64,000 nucleotides of DNA. Source: Marsupella aquatica (Eukaryota; Plantae; Marchantiophyta). How positions within the stretch are numbered: position 1 is the stretch's first letter; every line of letters starts with the position of its first letter. The stretch is from the NCBI GenBank assembly GCA_973895155.1, contig OZ316891.1, forward strand, positions 28,649,145-28,713,144. Direction: 5' to 3'. A program made the translations under genes and the position numbers. Positions 35,455-48,100 of the stretch are shown one piece after another. The notes below the pieces were generated by a model that was not told the DNA's origin, searched no databases, and worked only from the letters and a program-made list of their open reading frames with translations.

Positions 35455-38400
35455 TCACTGCAGACTAACACACTCTGATGGCCAGAGCACAAGAGATCCT
35501 ACTGCATCTGCAATTATTTCCTGAGGTGGATCATCATCTCTATTCGGAAATGGCAAATTACAATCAGATACAATCACTATAGTCAACAACACTACTATAT
35601 GGTCATCGGGGACCACTTTGCCATGGAATTTAGCATGATCCGGTCACAAAATGCCTGTACCCACACATACCTGTGAGTCATCCTCCCATGATTGAAGATT
35701 ATGGACTGGCTCTGCTATGGCTATCACCTCCACCTTACCTTGGCTGTTTTTCTTGGCTTTCCTGGGTGGCTTATACATGACATTATTCATACCTTGGTTG
35801 CGAGTCATGACTTTGGCACGAGTGTTTTGTGCTGGTGATCGAGAATTGGCTACACTCTTCTTCAAAGAATCTGCATCCATATTTGACACTTCCGATTGTG
35901 TAGCACGATTTCCCTGCGACATCATCTCAGTATATGCCAACATTGTACTTGCTTCAATTGAAGCATCTACAATCTTACTTGCATCCAATGTTGCTCCCAA
36001 ATTTCGACGTCGCTTCACCCTGCTCCCACTTGGTTGAGAGTCTGACAACTCTGCATCAGCTACAATTCAGTGCCATTGTCCAACTTAAGTGAATCACTCA
36101 TCACATGTGCTACATGTACATGTCACCAACCACAAAGTTGTCACTATCTCCTTACCATTATGAACAGCCTTCTTCCCCTTCTTTGCCATTGCCATATCCT
36201 CCATGTCTGCTTCTGCTGATAAATAAACACACCACAATATTCAGGTTGAATCTATTAACCATTGAATTGTCTCTCAACATTCATATAGAGGAATTTAAAG
36301 CATCAGCTTACCTGATACCTCCTTGGCTATGGTCATTGAGGCACTGGGCACATCCTTTTCATTATTGCTCTTTGAGTCACCTGAAGCAAGTTAATCATGA
36401 TGTCACTTCAGATCCCAGTTGATCCAACCAGTTCTTACATAAAAGATTACCTCCAATCGGCTTAAGCTTCACAAAACTCCATGCACTTTTCAAATGTAAT
36501 CTACTGGATCATAGCAGATTACCTGTCTCAGCAACCTTCTTGCCCTTCTGCTTACTGATTACAGGGCCCTTCGATGCCTCCACTCTTCCTGCATTCAAAC
36601 CATTCACTCAATTCATGAAAACCCACTTCTAATATTTGAACATAGGACACAATGAACAATGGGCCGGTGTCATTTCCATACCTGTGTCAGATTTGCCAAT
36701 TCCCTTTTTTGTTAACAAGGGCACACTTTGTACAAGGTTGCCCTCATTGTTTGGCTGGGAACCACCCAATTTCTCAATCACAAGCTTGAAATTAGATTCC
36801 ACTGATGCAAGTAGGTTTGCTACAGATGCCTCCAAAATATCCAAACGATCACCCAATTTACTTTCCACTCGAGGAAGTCCACACTCTAATGACTTCAACC
36901 GTTCACACATCTCTGCAAGAGTTCTAACAGTTCCCTGTAATCACACAGCTTACATATCTCAGATAACTGTCCCCAAGAACTGGTTGCTTACTTCCTACTA
37001 CATTTCCTTCTGATGCTATCGAACATCACAGAATTACAACATAATCACCTGTTTGGAAGTCACACTTGTGACCTCACTCCTTTGTTTCATGAACTCCTCT
37101 CTCACTTCTTGTGCTGATGGTTCTTCACCTGTCAATTTCTTCTGTATGCCACATCAACATACATATGAATTAAAGCAACTGTTGATTGTCAATGAAAATG
37201 CAATAATAGTAGCAAGATGATTAGTGATAGGCTACGCTTACTATCAGACATGCCTTACCAGTTGTTCTTTCACTGGAGCATAACTTCCTCTCCCAGCCTG
37301 TGAAAGGTGTTTCACTTTGCCTTGAGCATTTGACATCAGTTCACTCTTGCTCTGCCCAGCCTCTGACATGAACCCTTTGATTAACCGTGTCCATTGATCT
37401 AGTTCCAATGATGGGGGTGCTGGCATTCTCCTGTTAGAACCATTGTCTATCCACATCCTTTTCAACCTATGTCTCTCTTGTTTCAAAATCCTCATTGCAT
37501 AATCTGATATGCAATCTTCAACTGGGCCCTTACCATCATTACCAACATACTCCCACCGTTCAAGAATGTCCTTGCAAATAGCAGCCCAATCGGCTTTGTT
37601 CTGACTCCTAAACTCTGTAATGCTCAAATCTAACCAGCTCAATACTTCTCCTCTCAAGTCAGAATGCCAGCGGTTCTTACCATCACATGTGGGAGTTATC
37701 CAACCATCGGAATTCACTTCTACTTTACCAAATTTGTTATTGTCTCCTGCCTTGGTACTCCCTGAAGCGCTACTAGGTGTCCCTCCGCGGCCTGGTGTCC
37801 CCCCACGGACTGGGCCCCCACGGCCTGCACCACGGCCTGGAGCGCATTGTGCAAACCTCCCTGGAGTCCCTGCACATTTACGGGAACCATTTTTTAAGTA
37901 TGAAGCATAAATTTTGCTGCCAAATATACACTGAACTTCAGAGGAATTTTGCAATGACCAAGTTACCTCTCCCTGGGCGCATAGATGGTTCTGGACCATC
38001 TGTCCAATTGCCTTGTCTTGATGAATTAGGGCCGTTTCTCTTGCCTGTGAATGATTGCCTCCTATCTGAACATGGATGGCCTTTGTTGTTTTCGTGATTG
38101 TCCCAATGAGAGTCTGCATTCACCAACAGGCACATGCCACACTCATGGACCGGTTAGATACACTCTTTGCCCTAGACATCAGATAATTCCATATTGAGCT
38201 ACAATTTCTACTACCATCACAAAATCACTAGCACAAAGCACTTACTTGTCCAATTATCCTCCTGATCTTTCCATTGCCCTCTGTACCCATCTCTACCACG
38301 CTCTGGGCATTCATATTCACCCCATCCATCTTCTGCTCCATCGTAGTCATCATCATAATCATCAGGCGTCCCTTGCCAATAACTCTGGCTCCTTCTAGGG

Positions 38401-38588
38401 TATGGATTACGTGATTTCTCTCTGGCTGCCCACCTACCTTGCACTTGATCAGGGCCCTGTGCATCCTGCACAGGTGCATTTTTTTGTGATCCCCCTACAT
38501 CTGGATGTCCATCCATATCCAATCTTTCCTCTTCACCCCACTCTCCAAGCCCCATGTCTGTCTCCATGTCTTCACCCTCTTCCCCCAT
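35455..38588 (-). pseudogene. Spliced CACTA TnpA/ORF2-like gene
   Basis: 37244-38119 aligns with 45-545 (W..L.G.V, WEYVG, ILK.ERH, GRG). Terminal exon reads VGTG..AKFHG..LPFPN..VGSLVLW with one in-frame TGA at 35644. Exon limits are approximate. Confidence 0.75.
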
Positions 38589-39394
38589 AGTTTCTGCACA
38601 GCATCCACAACCAAACCCAGGCTAAATAAGCACACTAAATTCAAAGTATCAATCAATTTCATGCATATGGACATGACCAAAACATCATTTCGGGAAGCAA
38701 TTCCCGTTCTGTGACTCTGTGCATGTAGTCATCCTTAACCTCATCAAAGTGAATCTTCAGCCGCTGCCTATTGCACATCATCAACCTCATCATATTGCAT
38801 CTCCCCAGGTTCATATGTCTCTCTCAATGTTAAAGGGATGTAGTCAGTCCCTACCCGAGTAACAACATTGGAATTAAGGGCTCAGAGAATTAAAACTGCG
38901 TCTTAAAGGTACTAGACAGACAGTAACAGTGAGGAAGGAAGCTGAGGTTTCGCAGGCATTCATTGTCTATTACATGAAGCGGGCCAAGGACATTGTCTAC
39001 AGGTTTAGCGCATGCAATAGGGGTTTTAGGAGCTAAGGAGGCAATGGAGTTCAAGAGCAACATTGTGGGTGCATTGGAGGCCGTGAGGGGAATGAAAGAA
39101 TGTTGACGAGTTACAAGATCGATGGAGCTTATAGATGGCTAAATAATGACCACCAGGAGGCCACATAACCTTATAACCACATGCAAGTGACAATATAGCA
39201 AGGCAGGGAAGAACAGGCAAAAACATGACAGAAAAAACAATTCAGCATGCAATTGAAAATGCAAGCACGTAGGACATTCATAAGAGAATTTCAAGTGCAA
39301 TTCCGGATTGCCGAGCTGCAAGCTCCAAAATACCTACAAGATTGCAGGCGTAAGGTTTTCCACTCCTGCTCTTCCACGACCAGCTTCCAATTGC

Positions 39395-40160
39395 TCAAGT
39401 GCTGTCCAATCGCAATCTAGAGGAATACCTTTGGCAGGCCTTTCGAGAGACTTCACACTTCAAGCCTTTCGAGTATTTACAACGCACCATGGCAACCAGA
39501 TTGACAACACATGAAAAACAGCCAAGACAAGGAGAGAAGTACTTGCAAGATATCACAACTACCAATAGAGCGTAGTGACAGGCAGACAACAACTTTGAAT
39601 ACTGGCATTTATTTTTAATGGGACCTGTTGGCAACTCAAGTTCATACGATAATTTTGGGACAACTTCACTCGGATCCCTATCGTACTGCATACCTTAGAG
39701 GTCTACAACAATCAAAGTTGTGATCTTTTTTTTTATAATTTTTTTTGTTTTTTTGTGACTCTTGTTGTCCATCTTGAGCAGGCACAACCAAGGGTTGGAG
39801 TGACGGGAAGGTCTCCTGCAGTTTCACGAGACACCCTCCACTTAGCGGTTTACTTCTCGTCTCCCCAATCCCATCATAACCGAAGCTTGAATTACAAACA
39901 GTGAATAGTTCCCTCAGAAGACGCAAATCTTGGTTATTGTCAACTCCATTATCATCCTCTGGAGAAAACCGAGATTTCATCAGCATGGCCCTGAGGGTCT
40001 TCTTAGATGCATGAGAGTATGAGCGATCATAAGACCATGTCTGTTCGTAGGTCCAAAATTGGAACAATATGAGGCAGATTACACCGAAGATTACCCAAAC
40101 GAGAAAACTCTGCCCTCTGGCGCTTGAGCGCCCTCCTCCAGCTACCTTTTGCACGGCCAT
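39395..40160 (-). pseudogene. Putative captured host-gene fragment (type II membrane protein N-terminus)
   Basis: Short basic N-tail, one hydrophobic helix FLVWVIFGVICLILFQFW, Cys-containing stem; overlapping ORF 39395-39691 suggests a frameshift. No resemblance to TE proteins that I recognise. Confidence 0.5.
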
Positions 40161-41517
40161 GCTTTACTTCAAAAGTAAGAACCGAAGGAAGGAGCTTGTC
40201 TTTGACAACGCTCAACTTTTCGTGAGACCTGTCAATGTCTCGCAGTGCCACAACTCTCTTCCGACTTCATTGACATCAAGAAGAGAGGAAACCTTGAAGA
40301 GGCTTGATCCTTGATCAGGAATCGACCGAATTATTTCCAGCTGACGTAAATGTAGACACGTCGAACAAAAAAGTGTCTTCAACAGCTCCGGCAGCCCTAT
40401 CAAGCGAAATCCAAGCAAAGATCCCCGATTCAAGACGTCAGAAATCAGGCCATCTACTCGCCCCTACATCAGAAACCAGGAGAGTGTCACTTCCGAATAA
40501 CCATCCTCAGTAATGATCAATCGAGAGACCTCCAATTTGTCAATTCGTCTGCAGGGCTGGACCTCAGAATTTTAGACCGCGGGTTTCAAGTGACGAATTG
40601 ATAAGGTTTCTGCCTTAAATAAAAAGGTCGCCCAATCAACCCGGAAACAAGCATGCCGGGCAGCTCTCTCTTGTCCCTCGCGGTGAATATTAATAATCCA
40701 GACGTGAAGCAGAAAACATATTTTGAGCAACTCTTCATCCATAGCCCCTCATCACCTCACTTCCCTCGTGCCTGCCCTCCTTTCAGTTGCCACAGACTCT
40801 CAGCGGAACCATAGGCGGGGAATTCGATCCTCATCATCAACTTCCCTCCCAGCAAATCCTCTGCCTGCTCAAGGAAAACGATAAAACGCTCCCATCCTCA
40901 CAAAGGAAAGAAAAGCACCATTTGCAAAGGACAGAGAGTCAGGATGGTGATCGGCGGGCAGATCGTGTCTAATGCGCACAGAATTACACACAGACGAGGA
41001 GCTGCCACAAGTTCTCGCCCTCCTCGCTCCCACAAAAAGTCTTCCATTGTCAACACTTCGCCGCAGTACAGGATGAGCTGCTACTGCTCCATTTGATTAC
41101 CGTGAGCAAGAAAGGGAAACAAAATCGGAATGATGCCAAAAACCTTTAGTGCATCACAGCAGGACGGGATGCCCGCACGAGAGAGATCATTTCATCTTTC
41201 ACTCGACGTCGTGCTGGTCCCGTGGAGGTCGTCCTTCGAAGATGACCATTACTGTGCGCAATTAATGTGCGCGCCGCCGTCCTTCCATGGAAATTGGAAT
41301 TTGGAAGTTGGAGATCGTGGCATGAGGATTGACGAGCTTTCGGTAGTGATGGCCGTGCGAGGATTTGCACGAGCAAATGCTCTCATTGAAGTGACACCAA
41401 AAGACCCAACTCGATGAAACGCAACGAAGACTCTTTCTTTCTTTCTTTCTGCTGCTGTGAATTTCTTCCGACGCTCGATTCTTCATGAATCAGTTCCCTA
41501 TCGAATCATGGGCACTA

Positions 41518-42011
41518 TGCCGAGCACTGCGCAAGAGACTGGGATAGACACTACAAACATGGGGACTTTTGTTTGGCAAGAAATCTGGACATCAAACCTT
41601 CAGCAGTGGCAACGGGAAGCATTACATCAGACGAGTGGACATCAAATGAGCCGTCCGGTTATAGGCAAACGGCGACTGACATAGCGGAGGGAAAAAATAT
41701 GCATTGACATAGCGGACATGCGCGCATTGACATAGCGGAGGGGAGCAAAACTACATAAGCCAACTAACCTTTTTAAGGCCCACAATTTCAAGGGGAGGGA
41801 CAAAGAGAGCAAGCACTCCAATCTCTTCAATCCCTTCCGCAAGTAGCCGCCAAAATCTACTTCTTGGGGTCCAGCCCACGGATGGAGATCATGCAAGGTG
41901 GTCAATCACAGTAAGTGCAATCAAATGCCGAGCATTGCGCAAGAGACTGGGACAGAGACTGCAAACATGGGGACTCACAGGCAAGAAATCTGGACATCAA
42001 ACCTTCAGCAG
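41518..42011. repeat. ~90-bp imperfect direct repeat inside CACTA 2
   Basis: ATGCCGAGCA.TGCGCAAGAGACTGGGA...GGCAAGAAATCTGGACATCAAACCTTCAGCAG at about 41518-41605 and 41925-42011. Confidence 0.8.
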
Positions 42012-43109
42012 CGGTCGATGGGCTTTGATTCACAGGTCGCCCGGCTCGGTCCCTTGTTGCAGCTCGCCCAGCTCCACAACACCATAGACAAGGAGTTCAC
42101 AGGTCCAGTTTCCACCACGCAGCGTTAGCAAAACGACAATGCTTGATCTTCGCCCTCCGCCCTTTGCCCGAACCCCAAAATATCACAAGCGCAGCTCCAA
42201 CGTCCAACCGGCAAACCTCCCCCAAGCTTTGTTAGACAAAAATCAGCACAGCACAGCTGAGCTCGACGGAAATAAGCTTAGCACCCACCGCAGCTGAACA
42301 AAGCTCACACAAGAGCTCATACGGGAGCTTGCTGTGGGAGTAAAAGAAAAATAGGAGGGCCGATGGCAGCCCGCAACTCCCACTGTACCCTGCTCCTTCA
42401 CAACTTTGGCGAGCTCCTTTGCAACTCCAATGCAAACTACTATCCACAATTGTAAATGCACATCGATCAGCCAAACCTAAACCCTCCCACTGAGCTCAGA
42501 CTCCCGCGCAGCACTCCCGCAGTAGCACTCTTGCAACAGCAGCGCAACCCTTTGCACTCCCGCAGCACTCCCGCAGCACATTGCACAGCCTCCCGCAACA
42601 CTTTGCACAGCGCTCCCGCAGCTCCTGGAGACCTGATTGAAGCCTTGATTGCACACTCTTGAGGCAAAACAGCAGCGCAACCTTGCTAAACCCCTCGACC
42701 CTCTCGCCCTAAACGCTGAGTGGCAGACACTAACCGCAACATTCAACGTTGAGCCTCGATACTTTGTGAGAAAAGTAAAACACGACTGAAAGGCGCGAGG
42801 GTGAAAAGGGTGCAAAGAGCTGTTTGGCGCCAACCTTACCATAACATGGCAGCCCCTAGAGTGATCTCAGCCATCCGGATGAAAAGAGATTGCCTTGAGT
42901 GATCTCGACCATCAATATGCAGGTTTCATGTTAACCCCAGGCCCCCATTCCGTCTACTTCAAGTGTATAAATTAATTACACTCCAAGCCTTGTCTAGCCC
43001 CTAAAAACTAGTGCTAAGTCATGACTACTCGGCCCTCTCAAAGTATTGCCCAGCTGAGTAAACTTCCAATATGCGACTTTTTGATGGTGGGGATCGATGG
43101 ACTCCATCC

Positions 43110-43610
43110 AATGGTCCCTAAACCCCCCATCCCCTTAACCCTAAACCCCCCACCCTTGACATCTCAACCGTCCACCCTTGACATGTAAACCCCCCCTAAA
43201 CCCCCTTTAGTGAAAACTCAGCCACCCCCACGCCTTGACATATAAACCCCCTAAACGTCTGGACAACTCGACTATGGCCAGACTGTTTTTGCAATGCCAG
43301 GGGCCATTTTAGAGCGCCGCTTGCAAGTTTAGGATCAATGAAGCATGTTGCCTCTAGCTCTCCAAAACCTCCCAAGGCAGCAAACAAGTTAGGGTCCACG
43401 GTCCCTGTTCGTTTACCCTAAATTGCTGCGTCACTATTTCAATTGAGTGTTCTCTGACCCGAAACCCCCTTTACTGACCCCCACCCCCTTGAGACCTAAC
43501 CGGCCCACCCTTGGCATATAAACCCCCCCAAACCCCTTTAGTGGTGAACCCCCACACCCTTCACATGTAACCGGCCCACCCTTGAGCCCTAAACCCCCCC
43601 AAACCCACTA
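43110..43610. repeat. C-rich degenerate repeat region (TAAACCCCCC / CCACCCTTG)
   Basis: Repeated CCCTAAACCCCC and CCACCCTTGA motifs near the right end of CACTA 2. Confidence 0.65.
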
Positions 43611-43944
43611 TGGAGTATATTCGAAATTAGGGAATTTCAACATGTACGCCGTTTGTCCGTGTTCAAGTTAGCGGGATGTTGGTAAAGAGGTCGTCAAATG
43701 AATTGTGCAACCCCCCCATATGCCCATTATCAAATTAAAGCCCACAACTAAACCCTACAACCCATCATGTGCTAGAGTGTTCATACTTTTCATAGTCTTA
43801 TCCAAAACCAAAAAGCACTCACAGTCTTTTGTAGTGTTCATGTGAACCGTGGCAATGGTTTCGAGTCATTTAAGGTTGCCAAAAAGGACTTAGTGGCCTT
43901 AGTCCTATAAGGTTTGGTCTAAATTGCCCCGGTTTCTACTAGTG

Positions 43945-45110
43945 AAAGGGGTTTTCTCTTGTGAGCCGGTGTAGGCCTACCTCTGTAGTAGTGTCCTGCA
44001 TTGTTGCCGTTGCCGTTGTTGTTGTCGATGCCGATTTCTTTTCTTTCTCCAGTAGTTTCAGCAGACTCTGCATGCCTGGTTGCTGCATCGGCAAGTCCTC
44101 CTTCCTAGGCCTAAACACCTGCTCGATCGTAGGGCTAACAGGTGGTTGAGGCTTCTCAGCCAACGGCCTCGGCGTTGGAGCTTCCTCGGGTGCCCTTACC
44201 TGCAGGGGAAGTACCGGGGCAAAAGTCTGACCTCTGGCATACCGGCACAACAGCGGCATGTGATAGCCAAGCCGCGACACGCTCCCCATGCCGATTACTT
44301 GCTGCTCCTCCTTTAAGATCTTCTTCAATTGGTTGAGAAGGTACCCGTTGTAGTCCCGGCTTGGGTCTGGCCTTTCTGCCAGATAGACCTGTGCCTTGCC
44401 GATCTCTGCCCTCGGCAAGTTACTATGCATGGTCACCCGCAAGAAGTCGATCATCTCTCTTATGTGCGGGTTGGTGCAGGTGTTCCGGAAGAAGCCATTC
44501 TTCGTTGATGGCCCGGGGAACGACCGGAACTCCTTGTCAGGCAAGGTCTTCCTGGTATCAACTTTGGTCTTATTGCCTATCGGCAAGCCAAACACTTCGG
44601 CAATTACCTTGGGAGTAAGATAGAAATCCTTCCCATATATCCTCGTGCAATTGGTCTCGGGTTCCCATGACCCCACGAATTCTAATAGGTCTGACTCCGG
44701 TACCTCCGGCTTCAGCCATGGTAATCTTACAAAGGCCTCTAAGCCGGATCCGGCCATGAAGCCTTGGTACTTCTTGGTCTGCATGGCCGTGAAGCATGCA
44801 TCCTCCTCCCGTGCAAAATGTAGTTGCACCTCCACCGGTAGGGTTGCCGCCCAGCCCTTCCAGGTGTCATCCCTGGTTGGAATGGCCTTGATGGGATCGA
44901 CCTCCTCCTCTTTGGCTTCTCCCTGCCTCCTGCTCTGCTGCTCGACTGGCTTCTTTGGTGCCGCCGACCTCGTTCTTTTTGCCGGGGTGGCTTCATCGTT
45001 GACGGCTCCCTTCCTCTTCATCTCTGCTACCGTGGAGGTTTCTCCTAGCACCATTGCCTGGGTCCACCTTTCCGTGCTACCCTTTAATTCCCAGTGTATG
45101 TCGTTGCAGT
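43945..45110 (-). CDS. Family-1 LTR protein in copy 1c, middle part (PMD-like domain)
   Basis: Open throughout (within ORF 43939-45213); contains GLEAFVRLPW..EFVGSWEPETNCTRIYGKDFYLTPKVIAEVFGLP. Confidence 0.85.
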
Positions 45111-48100
45111 TGTGGTGCGTCCCATGGCTCCCTAAACCCAAGAAACCCCCCAGCTCAAGCCGATTCCCGCAGGTTTCGTGCTTGGCGAGGCCGTTTCCGC
45201 GGCTTAGCGGCATGGAACGCTGCTAACCTTCTACTACTACTATTAACATTTTACACACATATACTGGACAGATCCTTCATCGGGTCATGAGATACGTAGC
45301 CGGCCTAATCTAGGCCTTCCCCTGTCTTCCCCTCCGTCTTGTTAGGTATGTTTGGATTCCGCCGCCGGAATGATCCCCAATAGGCTTGGTTAAGCCGCTA
45401 AGACCTCTCTCAGCTCGACACATCCAACTCTCACTCCCCTGCTTACTTTCCTTCCTTCTGGTAGATGTGGGCACTCTTCACACAAGTTAATGCGACACAC
45501 AATTAGCAAAATGACTCATTCTGACTGAGTCATACCATGCACTTGCCATACAAACAGTACATCTCATACACAAGTTCTGCGAACTAAGCCGTGAGGCCAA
45601 CTCTATTAAGCTCTTAGGCATGAGGAAACATGAATATACACAAGGGTCACTGTATGACTAACCGAGAGCTTCTCGTACTACTTGATCCCAGCCCGGCTGG
45701 TGCAAACTAAAAACTTGCTAAAGAAGAGGCCCTGAGCTCCCCGCTGCCCAGGTACTTATCCTGGTAGTGGATCCACCATTCTTTGCATCGTAAGCCTAAT
45801 CTACTTAACAGTAATCTACTTGCCCGAATCTACCTATGTACAGCAAGGCAGGAGCACAAGTGTTGCTCCTACCAGTGGGACCGCAATCCCACTAAGCTAA
45901 GTGTCAGGGCCGCTCCTGGTTCTGATCCTAATCCTAAACGTGGAGATCCGCGCCCGCCCTGCCCACTCACGCCTCCTCCCTCCACGTCCGCCCTCCCTAA
46001 AAGGAACGGCGCCCTTGCACCGTCACGACACCGGTGGTGGATCCTCAATGGACGCCCCCAACACTTCCTCCTCAGCCACTGCCGTTGGCCCGCCTACTGA
46101 CAGATTACCTGCCCTTGACCGAGTCAACTCTCCATCGGCCTGACTGGGTCCACCTTCGGCTTCAGCCTCGACACCGGCCTCGGCAATACCCACGGCTTCG
46201 GCCTCAGCCACTCCCACGGCTTCGGCTTCAGCCACTCCCTCGGCTTCGGCCTCAGCCACCCCCACGGCTTTGGCCTCCCCTTCCCCTAGGGTAGTTGGAT
46301 CCTTAGCCGTGACCCTGTCTGGGGTCGGTGCTGGGTCTACCTCCTTGATCACCACGGCCTGTGAAGTCGTATTACCCCTTGACCCTGAAGGTTTCCGCTT
46401 CTTCTTCGTTGGTGGCTCGGCAGCTGGTCCCTTCCCCTTCCCACTTACTTCCGGCACTGGTGCAGGTGGCGCGGCTTGTCCTTCGGCAATTACCACCCCT
46501 GGTAACTGGTTTGTCCCAACGGGAGATGGACCTGCTGCAGCTAAGCATTTAAATACTGCGGCTTGTTTCTTTAGCCGCTCTGTTTGGTTGTCGGCCCGCC
46601 GCTGTAGGTTCTCCATCTTCCTCGTGATTTCCTCCAACTCCTCTTGGGTTTCATCCAGGTCCTTACGTGCCCCCTCCAGCTCGTTTTTGGCCTCCTCCTG
46701 CTCCCTGTGGGCTTCCTCCAATTCCTTCTTCAAGGTAGCCCTCTCCTCCTGGGTTGCTCTTAGCTCCTTGTCGAGCACTGCAATGATGACAGACTCCATC
46801 TGGTTCATCTTGGCGTAAGTCTGTTCGAGCATCTCGTCCTTCTCCCTTAGGTCGGCCTTGAAGCTGGCCGTCAGGGACGCAAGCTCCTGCTGCAGCGCCA
46901 TAATCCCTTGATAGGATTTCCCTAACTCGACCTCCTTCTGCTCAAGGGCTCCGCGGATTTTCTCGAGCTCCCCTTTCAACGCCCATTCCTTTCTTTGGGT
47001 CTCCGCCATGGCCCGGCTGTTGGCTGTTATGTGGGCCTCCTCTGTATTCTTCAGCTCTTGCTTCCACTTTTCCCTCTCTTTGATCGTGTCGGCCAACTCT
47101 TCCTGCGTCTGAGTCAGTTTATCCTTGATATTCTGATTATCAGCCTGCGCGGCGTCCAACTGCCCCTACATGATGTTCAGCTCATGTCATTTAATCCGCA
47201 GTTCATCTTGGGCTTTCTTGGCCGCCCTTAGATCTTCAATCTCGGCTTCCATCCTCCTAAGCCGCCGAATGACCTCGTCCTTCTTGCTTCTCTCTAAAGC
47301 CACCGCTTCTTCTAATTGGTGCTTCTCCAGCTGCTCCCTATGGAAAAAGGGTCCTACCTCCAACTCCTCTCCAAAGATGCCGAGCGCAAGTTCCCCACAC
47401 ATCTCACCATACTCCATGGCTCTATTCTTAGCGTAGGTGGAGTAAGTAGAAGTGATCGGCATCGCCCATCGTGGCCTCTGCTCCCAAGCCGTCCTGCGGA
47501 TCTCTTCAATCGTGGCTAGAGGTTTGCTTCCTTTTTCGGCTAGCCGCCTGATGTCCTCCGGCCAATCTCCTCCTGGTAAATCCTTTTCCTTAGCCAGGGT
47601 GGCCTCTTCCTCCTGCTTGATTCGCTCCTGAAATTCCTGCACCGTCTGTTTTATGCCGTCGAAGCTCGGGGGAGCAACATCTGGTGGGGGAGACTCAGGG
47701 CTACTCTGCTGGTTGGGGTCCCCTCGCACTACCCTTGGAAGTGTGGGGACAAACCGGCCACAGGTCCTTACTCCTGGAACGTGATGGTCCGACCCATAGC
47801 CGGAATTATCATGGCTGCAGTCCTCCACTGCCTCCTCTACCTCTTGGACGTCCGGCTTCTCCCTCTCCTCTTCCTCGGTAGGAGCTTCAGGCAATTCTGC
47901 CTCAGATTCGGAGCTTGAGGTTCCCACGTACATTCGAACACCTGGCTTGGATTCCGGCCTGATTCTCTCCTTGTCTCCAGCAAAGGGGTTTTCTCTTGTG
48001 AGCCGGTGTAGGCCTACCTCTGTAGTAGTGTCCTGCATTGTTGCCGTTGCCGTTGTTGTTGTTGTTGCCGATGCCGATTTCTTTTCTTTCTCCAGTAGTT

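Larger units (their letters stand above)
34705..43944 (-). mobile_element. CACTA transposon 2 (9240 bp), apparently non-autonomous
   Basis: Perfect 18-bp TIR CACTAGTAGAAACCGGGG; 3-bp TSD AAA; TnpA-like gene; no TnpD-sized transposase ORF seen. Confidence 0.96.
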
